From Vulcanimicrobiales bacterium (GTDB lineage: Bacteria > Vulcanimicrobiota > Vulcanimicrobiia > Vulcanimicrobiales > Vulcanimicrobiaceae): a stretch of DNA of 64,000 nucleotides. A program made the translations under genes and the position numbers. The notes under the pieces are model-generated. The model did no database searches, had not been told where the DNA came from, and saw only the letters and a list, made by a program, of their open reading frames with translations. This document shows positions 46,849 through 56,159 of the stretch, piece after piece; the first letter of the stretch is position 1, and every line of letters begins with the position of its first letter. The stretch is taken from assembly GCA_038231455.1 (NCBI GenBank), contig JBBRLI010000001.1, positions 224,001 to 288,000 of the forward strand. The letters are read 5' to 3'.

Positions 46849-47247
46849 ATGCGCGCCAAACTCGAGGTCGGTCGTTCCTATCAGAGTCAGACCCGTGTCG
46901 AAGAGTGGATGACCGCCGAGAAGGCCGGCAATAAAGGTGTCGATACGCTATCGACACCGATGCTCGTGCAATTCGTCGAAGACGCCGCGATGCAGTGCGT
47001 CGCGCCGACGCTCGCCGACGGCGAAATCTCCCTTGCAACACACATCGACCTTGCTCACCTTGCCGCAACCCCCGTGGGTCTCATCATCCGCACCGAGGTC
47101 GAAGTCATCGCAATCGACGGCAAACGCGTCGAATTTGCGTTCAACGCCTTCGACGAACGCGAGAAGGTCGCCGAAGGAACGCACGAGCGCTACCTCACCG
47201 ACCGTGGCGCCTTCCTCAGCCGCCTCGAAGAAAAACTCGCGACCTAG
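46849..47247 (+). CDS. FlK-like hotdog thioesterase
   Basis: STP.L...E, HLAATPVG and GTHER. Confidence 0.85.
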   Translation: MRAKLEVGRSYQSQTRVEEWMTAEKAGNKGVDTLSTPMLVQFVEDAAMQCVAPTLADGEISLATHIDLAHLAATPVGLIIRTEVEVIAIDGKRVEFAFNAFDEREKVAEGTHERYLTDRGAFLSRLEEKLAT

Positions 47248-48722
47248 CCGCGCAGGTCGACTGCTGCAAGCGCGCGCGCGGCAGCAACGCCGCTGAGCGA
47301 TGCACCCACGGTGCTCTGGCCCGGGAACACCGTATCGCCGGCGAGCACGAGACCGTCAATACCGCTTGCATGCGAGAGCGCGCGCAGATTCGCCGTCGCG
47401 GAAACCTGGGGCGTGCCGCCGACCAGACCCCGTAACCGTCCCGTATACCGTTCGAATGTCTGCGGTGTCGCAAGTTCGATCGTCGTTGCGCGTTGCCAGG
47501 CACCCGGGACGACGCGCTCGAGTGCAGCGCGCAACCGCTCGCCGTACTCGTTCCGACGTTCCTTATATGTGCCGTCCGCAAACGCGCGCTCCCACCGCGC
47601 GACGTCGGTATGCGTGGAGATCGTGATCGCTCGGCCGCCGTCGCGGGCGCGGCGCGTTTCATGCGGAGCCGAAAACGAAAAGAACGTGGTGTTCCCCTCA
47701 CCCATCGGCCGGTCGTAGTCGGCGAGCAGTTGATGGTGCAGCGGGCAATCGTCCGGAACGACGCCCGCCGGAACGCCAACGTAGGCCATGAACGCACCCC
47801 AGCGCTGCGTCAGCGCCGGAACGCGTTCGAGCGCAGGCGCTTCGGGCGCGCCTAAGAGCGCGCGGACATTTTGCACGGGAAGTGCGGCGACGACAGCCGG
47901 CGCGTTCACCTGCGAACCGTCCGCAAGTTCGACACCGCGCACCACGCCTCGCTCGTGCACGATACGAGCGACTGAGGTCCCGTATGCGATCTCTCCGCCG
48001 CCGCGCCGGATCGAACGCGCGAGCGCAATTGCGATACCCGAGACGCCGTCGGCAAGATGGAACGTGCCCTCGCGCGCGATGTCGAGCGCCGTCGACCCGT
48101 AGGCAAGATCGGTTTCGTCCGCATCGGCTTGCGCCGTGATGAGTAACTGCGCGTCGATGAACGCGCGTAGGCGCGCATGAGCGCCAGTCGGGAGAATGGA
48201 TGCGACCGTTCTGCCAAGCGTGAACGCGAGCGGTGCGTGACGCGGGCGGAACGCGTGAGCCAGCGCGCGCACGCCATCAGCTCCCACCGGCAGCATCGGG
48301 AAGCGCGTCGAGAAATCCCACGCTAAATCCGCGACACGCTCCTGTTCGTGCCAAAATGGCTCCGCCGACTCTCCGAAGGCACGGCGGCGCTCGATCGGCC
48401 AGCGTTCATCGCCAAACCGCACGATCGTTTCATCCGGCAGCCGTACGACCATCGCCGGCTCGACGGCCTGGGCTTCGACTTCCGTCCCAAGCAACGCGAA
48501 AATTCGACGGTGGACGCCGCGGCGTCCGAACCCGCTTACAAGCGTCGCGCCTACGTCGAAGCGGTACCCCGCCCGCTGATAGAACGATGCGCAGCCACCG
48601 GGAACGGTGTGGCGCTCGATAACCTGAACCCGCGCCCCGGCCCGGACCAACAGCGCCGCCGCCGTGAGCCCGGCAATACCGGCCCCAACGACGACCACAT
48701 CGGGATCGCGCGCCCGAATCAT
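47244..48722 (-). CDS. Phytoene desaturase family FAD oxidoreductase (CrtD-like)
   Basis: VVVGAGIAGL, PGGCAS.Y...YRFDVGAT, ATP.TFERYT and GDTVFPG. Confidence 0.8.
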   Translation of the reverse strand: MIRARDPDVVVVGAGIAGLTAAALLVRAGARVQVIERHTVPGGCASFYQRAGYRFDVGATLVSGFGRRGVHRRIFALLGTEVEAQAVEPAMVVRLPDETIVRFGDERWPIERRRAFGESAEPFWHEQERVADLAWDFSTRFPMLPVGADGVRALAHAFRPRHAPLAFTLGRTVASILPTGAHARLRAFIDAQLLITAQADADETDLAYGSTALDIAREGTFHLADGVSGIAIALARSIRRGGGEIAYGTSVARIVHERGVVRGVELADGSQVNAPAVVAALPVQNVRALLGAPEAPALERVPALTQRWGAFMAYVGVPAGVVPDDCPLHHQLLADYDRPMGEGNTTFFSFSAPHETRRARDGGRAITISTHTDVARWERAFADGTYKERRNEYGERLRAALERVVPGAWQRATTIELATPQTFERYTGRLRGLVGGTPQVSATANLRALSHASGIDGLVLAGDTVFPGQSTVGASLSGVAAARALAAVDLRG

Positions 48723-49056
48723 CGAACGAAAACCGGAACCCATGCCAACGTATACACGTTGTAGTGGACCGTGGCGGGTTAAAATCCGTCCCAATGACAA
48801 GCAACGCGGAATCGCTTGCTTGTTTGTGGAACCCCTGAACGCTCGCTGGCGTTCTAGGTTCTAGAGGCGCGCCATGCGCTTGACAAGGTCGCCCCCTCAC
48901 GTGGGCGGTCACGTCAGTGATTAAGAGTGGGGCCTGCTGGGTAGAGCCGTCTCGGACAGGTAAGTGAGCTTCGCTCGCTTGCGTGAACTGTACGGTCCCT
49001 CCCGGCACCGTCCCGAACGCCCTTCAAATCACAACACTTTAGCTAGGGAGAATATC

Positions 49057-50436
49057 TTGAAACGACTGAGCACCGGGCTTCTAGCGGCAATCATTGCCGT
49101 TGGTTGCGGGCTCACTGCCGTTAGTGCAAACGCTTCGACGACGCAAGGCAACAATGGACCCTACGCCTCGTCAACGCAAGTCGCACAAGCCGGCAGTATG
49201 ATGCCCCCCGCCGACTTCGGAGCTCCGCCGTCAGGCGAAGTTCCGATCCTCTTCAACGACCGGCACGTGTATTCGAAGCCCGATCGTCTGAAGGCCGGTC
49301 GCGTTCTCGCGGCAATCGTCCGCGGAAACACGATCCTCGTCCCCCTCCGTTCGATGTTCGAACAAATGGGTGGTACGGTCTCATATGACCCGTCGACCAA
49401 AACCGTCGACGTGTCCAAACCGGGCGCCGACATCAAACTCACGGTTGGCAAACCCGAAGTAGTCCTCAACGGCGAAAGCCGTCCGCTCGACGTCCCGCCC
49501 GAAATTTACAAGGGTGTGATTGTCGTCCCGATCCGCGTTATCTCAGAACAGCTGGGCGCGTACGTCCTCTGGGTCCAAGAGAAGCACGTTGTCGTGGTTC
49601 GTTACGTCCCCGTGGTCGCACCGACCCCGGCGCCTACCGCACCCCCGACGCCGGTTCCGACGGCTCGCCCGACGGCCCCGCCGACGGTTCCCCCGACCCC
49701 GACCCCGGCTCCCAAACCGACCGTTGCATACGAGAAGTTTATCGTTGGCGACTACCTCTTCAATCCGAAGGTGTACAACGAGTTCTCGCCCGGCAACACC
49801 GGCAAGGGTGGCTCATACGGAGTCCGCGGCGGCTTCGAGTTCCCGCTCTTCAACCTCCCGTGGATGCTTGAAGGCGACTATCGCTCGTACCAGTACCCGC
49901 ATAACAACGGCACGTTCCCCGCGGCCTGCCCGAATGGCGACCAGGGTTGCGTAACGGTCATTGGCGCCTATGGCCAGACCAATGTCCCGTCGTTTACCGC
50001 ACGCGACACCGACTTCGATGGACGCTTCGGCCTCAAAATCGCCGATCCGCGCATCTACATCGGCGTGGGCTACATCCACAAAGAAGAAAACTACGGCTAT
50101 CCGAAACAGAACGGCCTCGGCTTCGGGATTGAAAAACTCCCCGACCTCGATCAGCCCTTCTCGGTCTACGGCAGCGCGTGGTACTACCCCAACGTCACCG
50201 GTAACTACACGTTCCCGAGCGACGGCTACACCACCGCGACCGGCATTGCCGGAACCGGCGGTAAGCTCCAGTACCGCATGCTCAAGTACCAAGTCGGCGG
50301 CACGTACGCCCTTGCCAAGAGCTCCGGCCTCTTCCTCGACTTCGGTTTCCTCGGAGACAGCGGTCGTGGCAAGAGCCTCTCACCGAGCGACTTCACCCAT
50401 GGTGCAGCCTACCTCGGACTTGGCTTCCACTTCTAA
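49057..50436 (+). CDS. Envelope protein: copper-amine-oxidase N-terminal (stalk) domain, Pro/Thr linker and beta-barrel-like C-terminus
   Basis: LVPLR..FE..G..V.YD and VPIR.ISE.LGA.V.W; PT-rich linker; terminal YLGLGFHF; AGGGAG RBS before TTG. Confidence 0.8.
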   Translation: MKRLSTGLLAAIIAVGCGLTAVSANASTTQGNNGPYASSTQVAQAGSMMPPADFGAPPSGEVPILFNDRHVYSKPDRLKAGRVLAAIVRGNTILVPLRSMFEQMGGTVSYDPSTKTVDVSKPGADIKLTVGKPEVVLNGESRPLDVPPEIYKGVIVVPIRVISEQLGAYVLWVQEKHVVVVRYVPVVAPTPAPTAPPTPVPTARPTAPPTVPPTPTPAPKPTVAYEKFIVGDYLFNPKVYNEFSPGNTGKGGSYGVRGGFEFPLFNLPWMLEGDYRSYQYPHNNGTFPAACPNGDQGCVTVIGAYGQTNVPSFTARDTDFDGRFGLKIADPRIYIGVGYIHKEENYGYPKQNGLGFGIEKLPDLDQPFSVYGSAWYYPNVTGNYTFPSDGYTTATGIAGTGGKLQYRMLKYQVGGTYALAKSSGLFLDFGFLGDSGRGKSLSPSDFTHGAAYLGLGFHF

Positions 50437-50463
50437 AATCGGCTAACGCCGACCCGGAATGGA

Positions 50464-50501
50464 AAGAACCCCTCGGCGCAAGCCGGGGGGTTCTTCGTTT
50501 T
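50464..50501 (+). terminator. Intrinsic terminator
   Basis: AAGAACCCCTCGGC-GCAA-GCCGGGGGGTTCTT followed by T-rich tail. Confidence 0.8.
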
Positions 50502-50525
50502 GTGCCGGTGTCCGGGAGCAACAAG

Positions 50526-50558
50526 AAAAGCCCCCGGACATGCGCGTCCGGGGGCTTT
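50526..50558 (-). terminator. Intrinsic terminator for the convergent gene
   Basis: AAAGCCCCCGGAC...GTCCGGGGGCTTT. Confidence 0.75.
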
Positions 50559-50578
50559 CGATCGATTCAACTCCAGGT

Positions 50579-51118
50579 CTAGGGCTGGGGACTCGTTTGC
50601 GGCGACGGGTTGGTCGTCACGGGCGTTGCGCCGGAGGCCGGCGGAGCAGCCGCCCCAACGGATCCCGATGCCAGCTCTGCGCGGCCGACGCGGGCCTGTT
50701 GGCTATGCGGGAAGCCTGCGACCAGCCACGCCATCGTTTTTTTCGCGCGGTTGCGACCCTCGTCACTTGGAACTTTTCCGTACAGGTGCGCGAGGTCGAG
50801 CACGTAGCGTGGGAGCCACGTATCGTGGGGATATTTTTTTTGCCAATCGTGGATCGAATCTTCGAGATAGTCCGTGTTCGCAAAGATCGACTCCGCTTTT
50901 TCGGGGCTGTAGTCGATCTTCCGACCCAAATCCGCCATGGTATTGCGCATGCCCAGCACGCTCATCTTAAGCTTCCCGAAGTATTCATCGGCCGGAGCGA
51001 CGGACGAATGCCGATGCGCGGGCGCGCTTTCCGACTTTGTGGTTTCGCTTGCAAACGCGGGAGCGCTCGCAGTGGTCGCAATCGCGACGAGCGAAACAAA
51101 CGCAAGGAGTCGTTTCAC
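50579..51118 (-). CDS. Secreted hypothetical helical protein
   Basis: Signal peptide (MKRLLAFV...AFA), APADEYFG.LKMS.LG core; AAAGGA RBS. Confidence 0.7.
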   Translation of the reverse strand: MKRLLAFVSLVAIATTASAPAFASETTKSESAPAHRHSSVAPADEYFGKLKMSVLGMRNTMADLGRKIDYSPEKAESIFANTDYLEDSIHDWQKKYPHDTWLPRYVLDLAHLYGKVPSDEGRNRAKKTMAWLVAGFPHSQQARVGRAELASGSVGAAAPPASGATPVTTNPSPQTSPQP

Positions 51119-51192
51119 CGTTCGTCCTTTCTTCTAGGCTGTCATCAACGGGCCGATCAACATTGCCCGCTTCACGAAGGAGTCCGCTTTCC

Positions 51193-52485
51193 GTGAGTGC
51201 CCCGACGAGATCGATCGCCGTCGCCTGCGTGCAACTTCGCGCGCATGACGGTGATGCATTTGCGGCCCGATGGCCGATGATCCTCGAAATGATTGCCGAT
51301 GCGATCCGCAAGGGAGCGGAACTCGTCGTGGTCCCCGAGGGGACGGTCCCCAACTATGTTATCGGTGATTCTCAGCCGGAAATCAAGACGCTCGAGCGCG
51401 CCGCTGCCGATCTGTGCGCTCTGAGCAAGCAAGCAAACGCAACGATCGTTATCGGCGGTGCGCGCTATCGCAACCCCGGCGAACTCGTGAATTCGGCGTG
51501 GGTGATCACGCCCGCCGGCATCGCCGGATATGCGGACAAATGCTTCCTCTGGCACTTCGATCGCAAGTGGTTCAGCGCCGCAGACGCCCTCGAACCGATC
51601 GATACGCCGGTGGGACGGCTCGGCATTTTCATCTGCGCCGATGGCCGTCTTCCGACGATTGGGTCGACGCTCGTCGAACGCGGCGCCGAGCTACTCGTGG
51701 TACCCACAGCATGGGTGACGAGCGGCCGCGATCCCGCATCGCTTGAAAATCTTCAGGCCGATTTATTCGTCAACGTCCGCGCGCGCGAAAATCGCGTACC
51801 GCTTGTTGCGGCGAATAAGGTGGGCGTCGAATACGGTAGCGTCGCGTATTGCGGCAAAAGCGCCATCGTCGATGCCGACGGCATTTTCCTTGCACGCGGA
51901 TCCGAACGCGATGAAGAGACGATTCACGGCCGCATCACGATCGGCGCCCGCAGCGGAGCGAAACGCGCGACGATCGTGACACCTCCGGGTGCGCCGTTAC
52001 CGGCCTCCCTACGCATCGCGATCACACCGGAAAATCCGGGTGCAACGCGCACGTCACTCGATCGCTACGCGCTGCTTGCCGATGCAACGCTCGTCATCGG
52101 ACCCGAAGCCAACCTTGGGGGATTTGGCGAAATCGGTATCGTACGCGGCGGCGATCTTTGGGATCCTGCAGCGCTCGTCGAACCGCGCCTCGCGGGAACG
52201 CGCGTGTTTGTTTGGCACGCCGACACGTTGCCCGAATGGACGACGCGACTTGCGCGCACGCGCGCGGCCGAGTTGCGCGCGTATTTCGTCGTCTTCGATG
52301 CGATTGCGGATCGCGCGTTTGCCGTCGACCCCGAGGGCGTCGTGATGTGCGGGACGTTCGATGACTTTCGCGTTGCCGCGTTTACGTTCGATCGCACACG
52401 CACCGAGGCGTGGAATGTCGCCCCGCACACAAGCGTCGCCGACGGTTTGCGAACGGTCGGACGTCTTGCAGCGACGCGCACGTAA
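51193..52485 (+). CDS. Carbon-nitrogen hydrolase with degenerate second domain
   Basis: VVPE, DKCFLW, ICADG and RARENR motifs; start approximate. Confidence 0.82.
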   Translation: MSAPTRSIAVACVQLRAHDGDAFAARWPMILEMIADAIRKGAELVVVPEGTVPNYVIGDSQPEIKTLERAAADLCALSKQANATIVIGGARYRNPGELVNSAWVITPAGIAGYADKCFLWHFDRKWFSAADALEPIDTPVGRLGIFICADGRLPTIGSTLVERGAELLVVPTAWVTSGRDPASLENLQADLFVNVRARENRVPLVAANKVGVEYGSVAYCGKSAIVDADGIFLARGSERDEETIHGRITIGARSGAKRATIVTPPGAPLPASLRIAITPENPGATRTSLDRYALLADATLVIGPEANLGGFGEIGIVRGGDLWDPAALVEPRLAGTRVFVWHADTLPEWTTRLARTRAAELRAYFVVFDAIADRAFAVDPEGVVMCGTFDDFRVAAFTFDRTRTEAWNVAPHTSVADGLRTVGRLAATRT

Positions 52486-52503
52486 ACCTGGTACAGTCTG
52501 CAC

Positions 52504-54699
52504 ATGAGGTTTGGTCGACTGGCCCTTGCCATCGCACTTGTCGCTACGGGGAAACAAGCGGCGATCGCCGCCGTTTTGCCCGCGCAGCTTGCGCCTGCCG
52601 CGCCGTTTCCGCTCGTCGTCGCCTCGAATATCGAGCGCGAATTCGTCGCGCCCGGCATCTCGCGCGCAACGTATCATCTCTTCACCTCGAGCGGACCGCT
52701 CAACGTATACGTCGTCGTCGTCGATCCCCACGAACCGACGGTCCGGCTCGACACCGTGCTCGCACACGATCGCCTGATCGGCAGCGGCGAGACGGTCTCC
52801 TCGATGGCGCAACGGACCGGAGCCGTCGCCGGAATCAACGCCGACTATTTCGATGTCGGGAATACGAATCAACCGCTCGGTGTCGTTGTTGCCCATGGAG
52901 AGTTCGAGCGAACGCCAAGCGTGCGTCCGGCGCTCACGTACACGCGCGAGCACGACGTGCGTTTTGAAACGTATCGATTTGCCGGACACGCGACGATCGG
53001 CACGCAGAACATCACGATCACGCATGTCAACGAGTTTCCACCCGAAGGCGGTGCATCGCTGATGACCGCCGCATTCGGGCCGCTCGCACCTAGCGCCGCC
53101 GTCACGGCACTCGATCTCGAACCGCTTGCAAGTGCGTTACCGACCGCAACGGTCGGTTCGCCGCAGATCGCAACGCCGATCGGCACGCGCTATCGCGTCT
53201 CTGCGATCGAATCCGGAACGTTCGGAACGCCGGCGGCCGTGCGCCTCGCACTCGGTCCGACCGCGCTCACCGGGCTCACGTTGCCGGGAATCGGAGATGA
53301 AGTCGACGTTCGCATCGGGACCGATCCGGACCTCAGCAGCGTCCTCGCCGCGGTCGGCGGCGGCCCACTGCTCCTTGCGGACGGCAAAGCCGTCGACGAT
53401 CCGATTAGTCCCGGCTACGCCGAACGCGCGCTACGTATCCCGGTCGCCGCAGCTGCAAAACTCGGCGACGGACGACTCGCGCTTGTGACAATCGACGGAC
53501 GACATCCGCCGATATCGATCGGAACGTCGCGCGCCGAACTCATCGCGCTCTTACAAGCGATCGGCGCGACCGATGCGATGCAATTCGATTCCGGCGGGTC
53601 GGCAACGCTCGTCGCGCGCGTGCTCGGCGATGCACGGCCGAGCGTGCTCAACGCACCCTCCGATGGAACCGAACGCCCCGTCGCCGACGGCTTGTTCGTC
53701 TACAGCGACGCGCCGATCGGCGCGCCGAGCAGGCTCGTGGTCCATCCCGCACTGCTCGAGGGACTGCGCGGCGTCTCGGTCCCGGTTCGCGGCGCGCTCA
53801 CGGATGCAGCTGGGCACGCACTTGGCGCAGCGAGTGGTCCGTGGTCGCTCGCCGCACCATCGACACTCGCGACGATCACAACGGACGGGTTCGTGCATTT
53901 CGGCACGCAAACTGGAACGGGAACGTTGCAGATCGCGCGTGGCGGCGTGAGCGCCGACGTCACGATCGCCATCCTTCCCGGAGTCGCGCGATTAGGCATC
54001 GATCCGGACCGTCCCAACCCGGATCCCGGTACGGCCGTCGCCCTTCACGCGGTCGGCTACGATGCAGCGCATCGCCTGATGGCGATCGGCGAGAATGCGA
54101 CGTGGTCGGCCGTTGGCGGAACGGTCGACGCACACGGTATTTTCCTTGCGGGAACCAGCGACGCTACGGTCACCGCGACGCTCGGCACCGTGCAAACGAA
54201 AACCATCGTGCGCGTGGGGCGCCGCTTCGTTCCCGCATCGTTCTTCGATCCAGCCGAACAGGCGGCGTGGCGCTTCTCGTCCACGCCGTCGAATGGGCCG
54301 GGCGCGATCGCATTCGCAACCCCGAGCGACGGATCGCTGGCGATCACCTACGACTTCACCGACAAAGAACGCGCCGCATACGCGTCGGCGACGCCGCCGA
54401 TCGCACTTGGCGATGCGCTAGCGCTCGGTTTTGCGATCGACGGTGACGGCAGCGGCGTTTCCTTGCGCGCGTCGATTAGCGATCGGTTCGGCGAGCGGAC
54501 GACGGTGACGATCGCACCGCGAATCGACTGGACGGGCGTCCAACTGCACGACACGCCGATTCCAAGTTGGCTTGCACCGCCGATCGCTCTGCGTGCCGTC
54601 TATCTCACGGCGGGAAGCAAAACGAACAAGCCGGCGGGCACGATCACATTGCGAAACGTTCGTCTGCTGGTGCCGGGAAGCGGACCGCACGCGCCGTAA
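52504..54699 (+). CDS. Secreted phosphodiester glycosidase (NAGPA) family protein
   Basis: AGINADYF, AVGGGP, IDGR, FDSGGS and ERPVAD; Ig-like C-terminal domains. Confidence 0.85.
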   Translation: MRFGRLALAIALVATGKQAAIAAVLPAQLAPAAPFPLVVASNIEREFVAPGISRATYHLFTSSGPLNVYVVVVDPHEPTVRLDTVLAHDRLIGSGETVSSMAQRTGAVAGINADYFDVGNTNQPLGVVVAHGEFERTPSVRPALTYTREHDVRFETYRFAGHATIGTQNITITHVNEFPPEGGASLMTAAFGPLAPSAAVTALDLEPLASALPTATVGSPQIATPIGTRYRVSAIESGTFGTPAAVRLALGPTALTGLTLPGIGDEVDVRIGTDPDLSSVLAAVGGGPLLLADGKAVDDPISPGYAERALRIPVAAAAKLGDGRLALVTIDGRHPPISIGTSRAELIALLQAIGATDAMQFDSGGSATLVARVLGDARPSVLNAPSDGTERPVADGLFVYSDAPIGAPSRLVVHPALLEGLRGVSVPVRGALTDAAGHALGAASGPWSLAAPSTLATITTDGFVHFGTQTGTGTLQIARGGVSADVTIAILPGVARLGIDPDRPNPDPGTAVALHAVGYDAAHRLMAIGENATWSAVGGTVDAHGIFLAGTSDATVTATLGTVQTKTIVRVGRRFVPASFFDPAEQAAWRFSSTPSNGPGAIAFATPSDGSLAITYDFTDKERAAYASATPPIALGDALALGFAIDGDGSGVSLRASISDRFGERTTVTIAPRIDWTGVQLHDTPIPSWLAPPIALRAVYLTAGSKTNKPAGTITLRNVRLLVPGSGPHAP

Positions 54700-54707
54700 G
54701 GACGGCG

Positions 54708-56159
54708 ATGGAGTATTCCGGCCTTGCCGCGCGCGCGCTCGATACGGCCGTCGCACGCGGCGCAACGTACGCCGACATCCGTTTCGAAGAAACGCGCGCG
54801 GAGCGGATCGAGATTCGCAGTGGAGCCGTCGTCACGCTGAGCGACACGCGCAGCGACGGCCATGGAATTCGCGCGTTCGTGGAGGGTGCGTGGGGTTTTG
54901 CGGCATCGCCGGATCGCAGCGATGCGGCCCTCGATGCGACGGCCGCGCGCGCCGTCGCGATTGCACGTGCGGGAGCCGCGATCGCGACCCATCGCTTCGC
55001 GATCGAACCGACCGGTCGACATACGGCCGTGTACGCGACGCCCGTCGACCGGGATCCCGATACAATTGCGATCGGCGACCGCATCGCCTTGCTCGTCGAG
55101 GCCGAACGTGCGCTGCATTCCGCGACCAGTATCGCCGTCGGTCGCGCGTGGATCGATCTGTGGCACGCAGAGAAATTTTTCTTCTCCACGACCGGATCGA
55201 ACATCGTACAAACGATCCGGCAATCCGGCAGCGGACTGTGGGCGCTTGCCGTCGCAGACGGCGACGCGCAAGATCGCACGTATCCGGGCGACATCGGATT
55301 CTATCAGGGCGGAGGCTGGGAGGTAATCGAGCGCGCGCACCTGCTCGACAACGCCGCGCGCATCGGTGAAGAGGCGCATCAACTTCTCTCGGCACCGCAG
55401 TGTCCGAGCGCGACGACCGATCTGATTCTCGGCAGTTCGCAGGTCTCACTCCAGATTCATGAATCGTGCGGTCACGCAGCCGAACTCGATCGCATCATGG
55501 GTTGGGAGGAAAATTTTAGCGGCACGAGCTTTTTGCGCGTTGAGGATGTCGGTTCGCTCCAGTATGGGAGCGAACGCGTAAATATCGTCATCGACAACTT
55601 GCTCCCGCACGGAATGGCGACCGCCGCATTCGACGATGAGGGAACGCCCTGCGGCTCGAGCGACGTCATTCGGAACGGGCTCCTTGCGGGATTCGAAAGC
55701 TCGCACGATACGGCAGCCGCAATCGGCGCGGCCAGCAGCGCCTGCGTCCGCGCTCAGAGCTGGGAGCACGTGCCGATGATTCGCATGTGCAACTTGAACT
55801 TGCTGCCCGGCGACCGGCCGTTCGACGCGCTCTTCGCTGATGTGAGCGACGGCGTGTACATGGAGTCGAATCGGTCGTGGTCGATCGACGATCACCGCTT
55901 GAACTTCCAATTCGGTTGCGAGATCGCATGGGAAGTCAAGAACGGTAAACGTGGGCGGTTGCTTAAGAATCCGACGTACGCGGGCGTGACTCCGCAGTTT
56001 TGGAAGAGCTGCGATGCGATCGCCGACGCCGATTCGTGGGTCGCGTGGGGCACGCCTAACTGCGGGAAAGGCGAACCGATGCAGACCGGCCGTACGACGC
56101 AAGCCGCGTCGCCCGCGCGCTTTCGCAACGTTGAGGTTGGAGTCGGCTACGATGGATGA
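54708..56159 (+). CDS. tldD: TldD metalloprotease subunit
   Basis: YADIRF, IHESCGH..ELD, FDDEG, PMIRM.N and CGKGEP. Confidence 0.9.
   Translation: MEYSGLAARALDTAVARGATYADIRFEETRAERIEIRSGAVVTLSDTRSDGHGIRAFVEGAWGFAASPDRSDAALDATAARAVAIARAGAAIATHRFAIEPTGRHTAVYATPVDRDPDTIAIGDRIALLVEAERALHSATSIAVGRAWIDLWHAEKFFFSTTGSNIVQTIRQSGSGLWALAVADGDAQDRTYPGDIGFYQGGGWEVIERAHLLDNAARIGEEAHQLLSAPQCPSATTDLILGSSQVSLQIHESCGHAAELDRIMGWEENFSGTSFLRVEDVGSLQYGSERVNIVIDNLLPHGMATAAFDDEGTPCGSSDVIRNGLLAGFESSHDTAAAIGAASSACVRAQSWEHVPMIRMCNLNLLPGDRPFDALFADVSDGVYMESNRSWSIDDHRLNFQFGCEIAWEVKNGKRGRLLKNPTYAGVTPQFWKSCDAIADADSWVAWGTPNCGKGEPMQTGRTTQAASPARFRNVEVGVGYDG

Noticed and set aside
49620-49720. CCGAC-rich tandem repeats as a CRISPR array or DNA repeat
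   Set aside because: In-frame Pro/Thr linker coding sequence; no spacers and no cas genes
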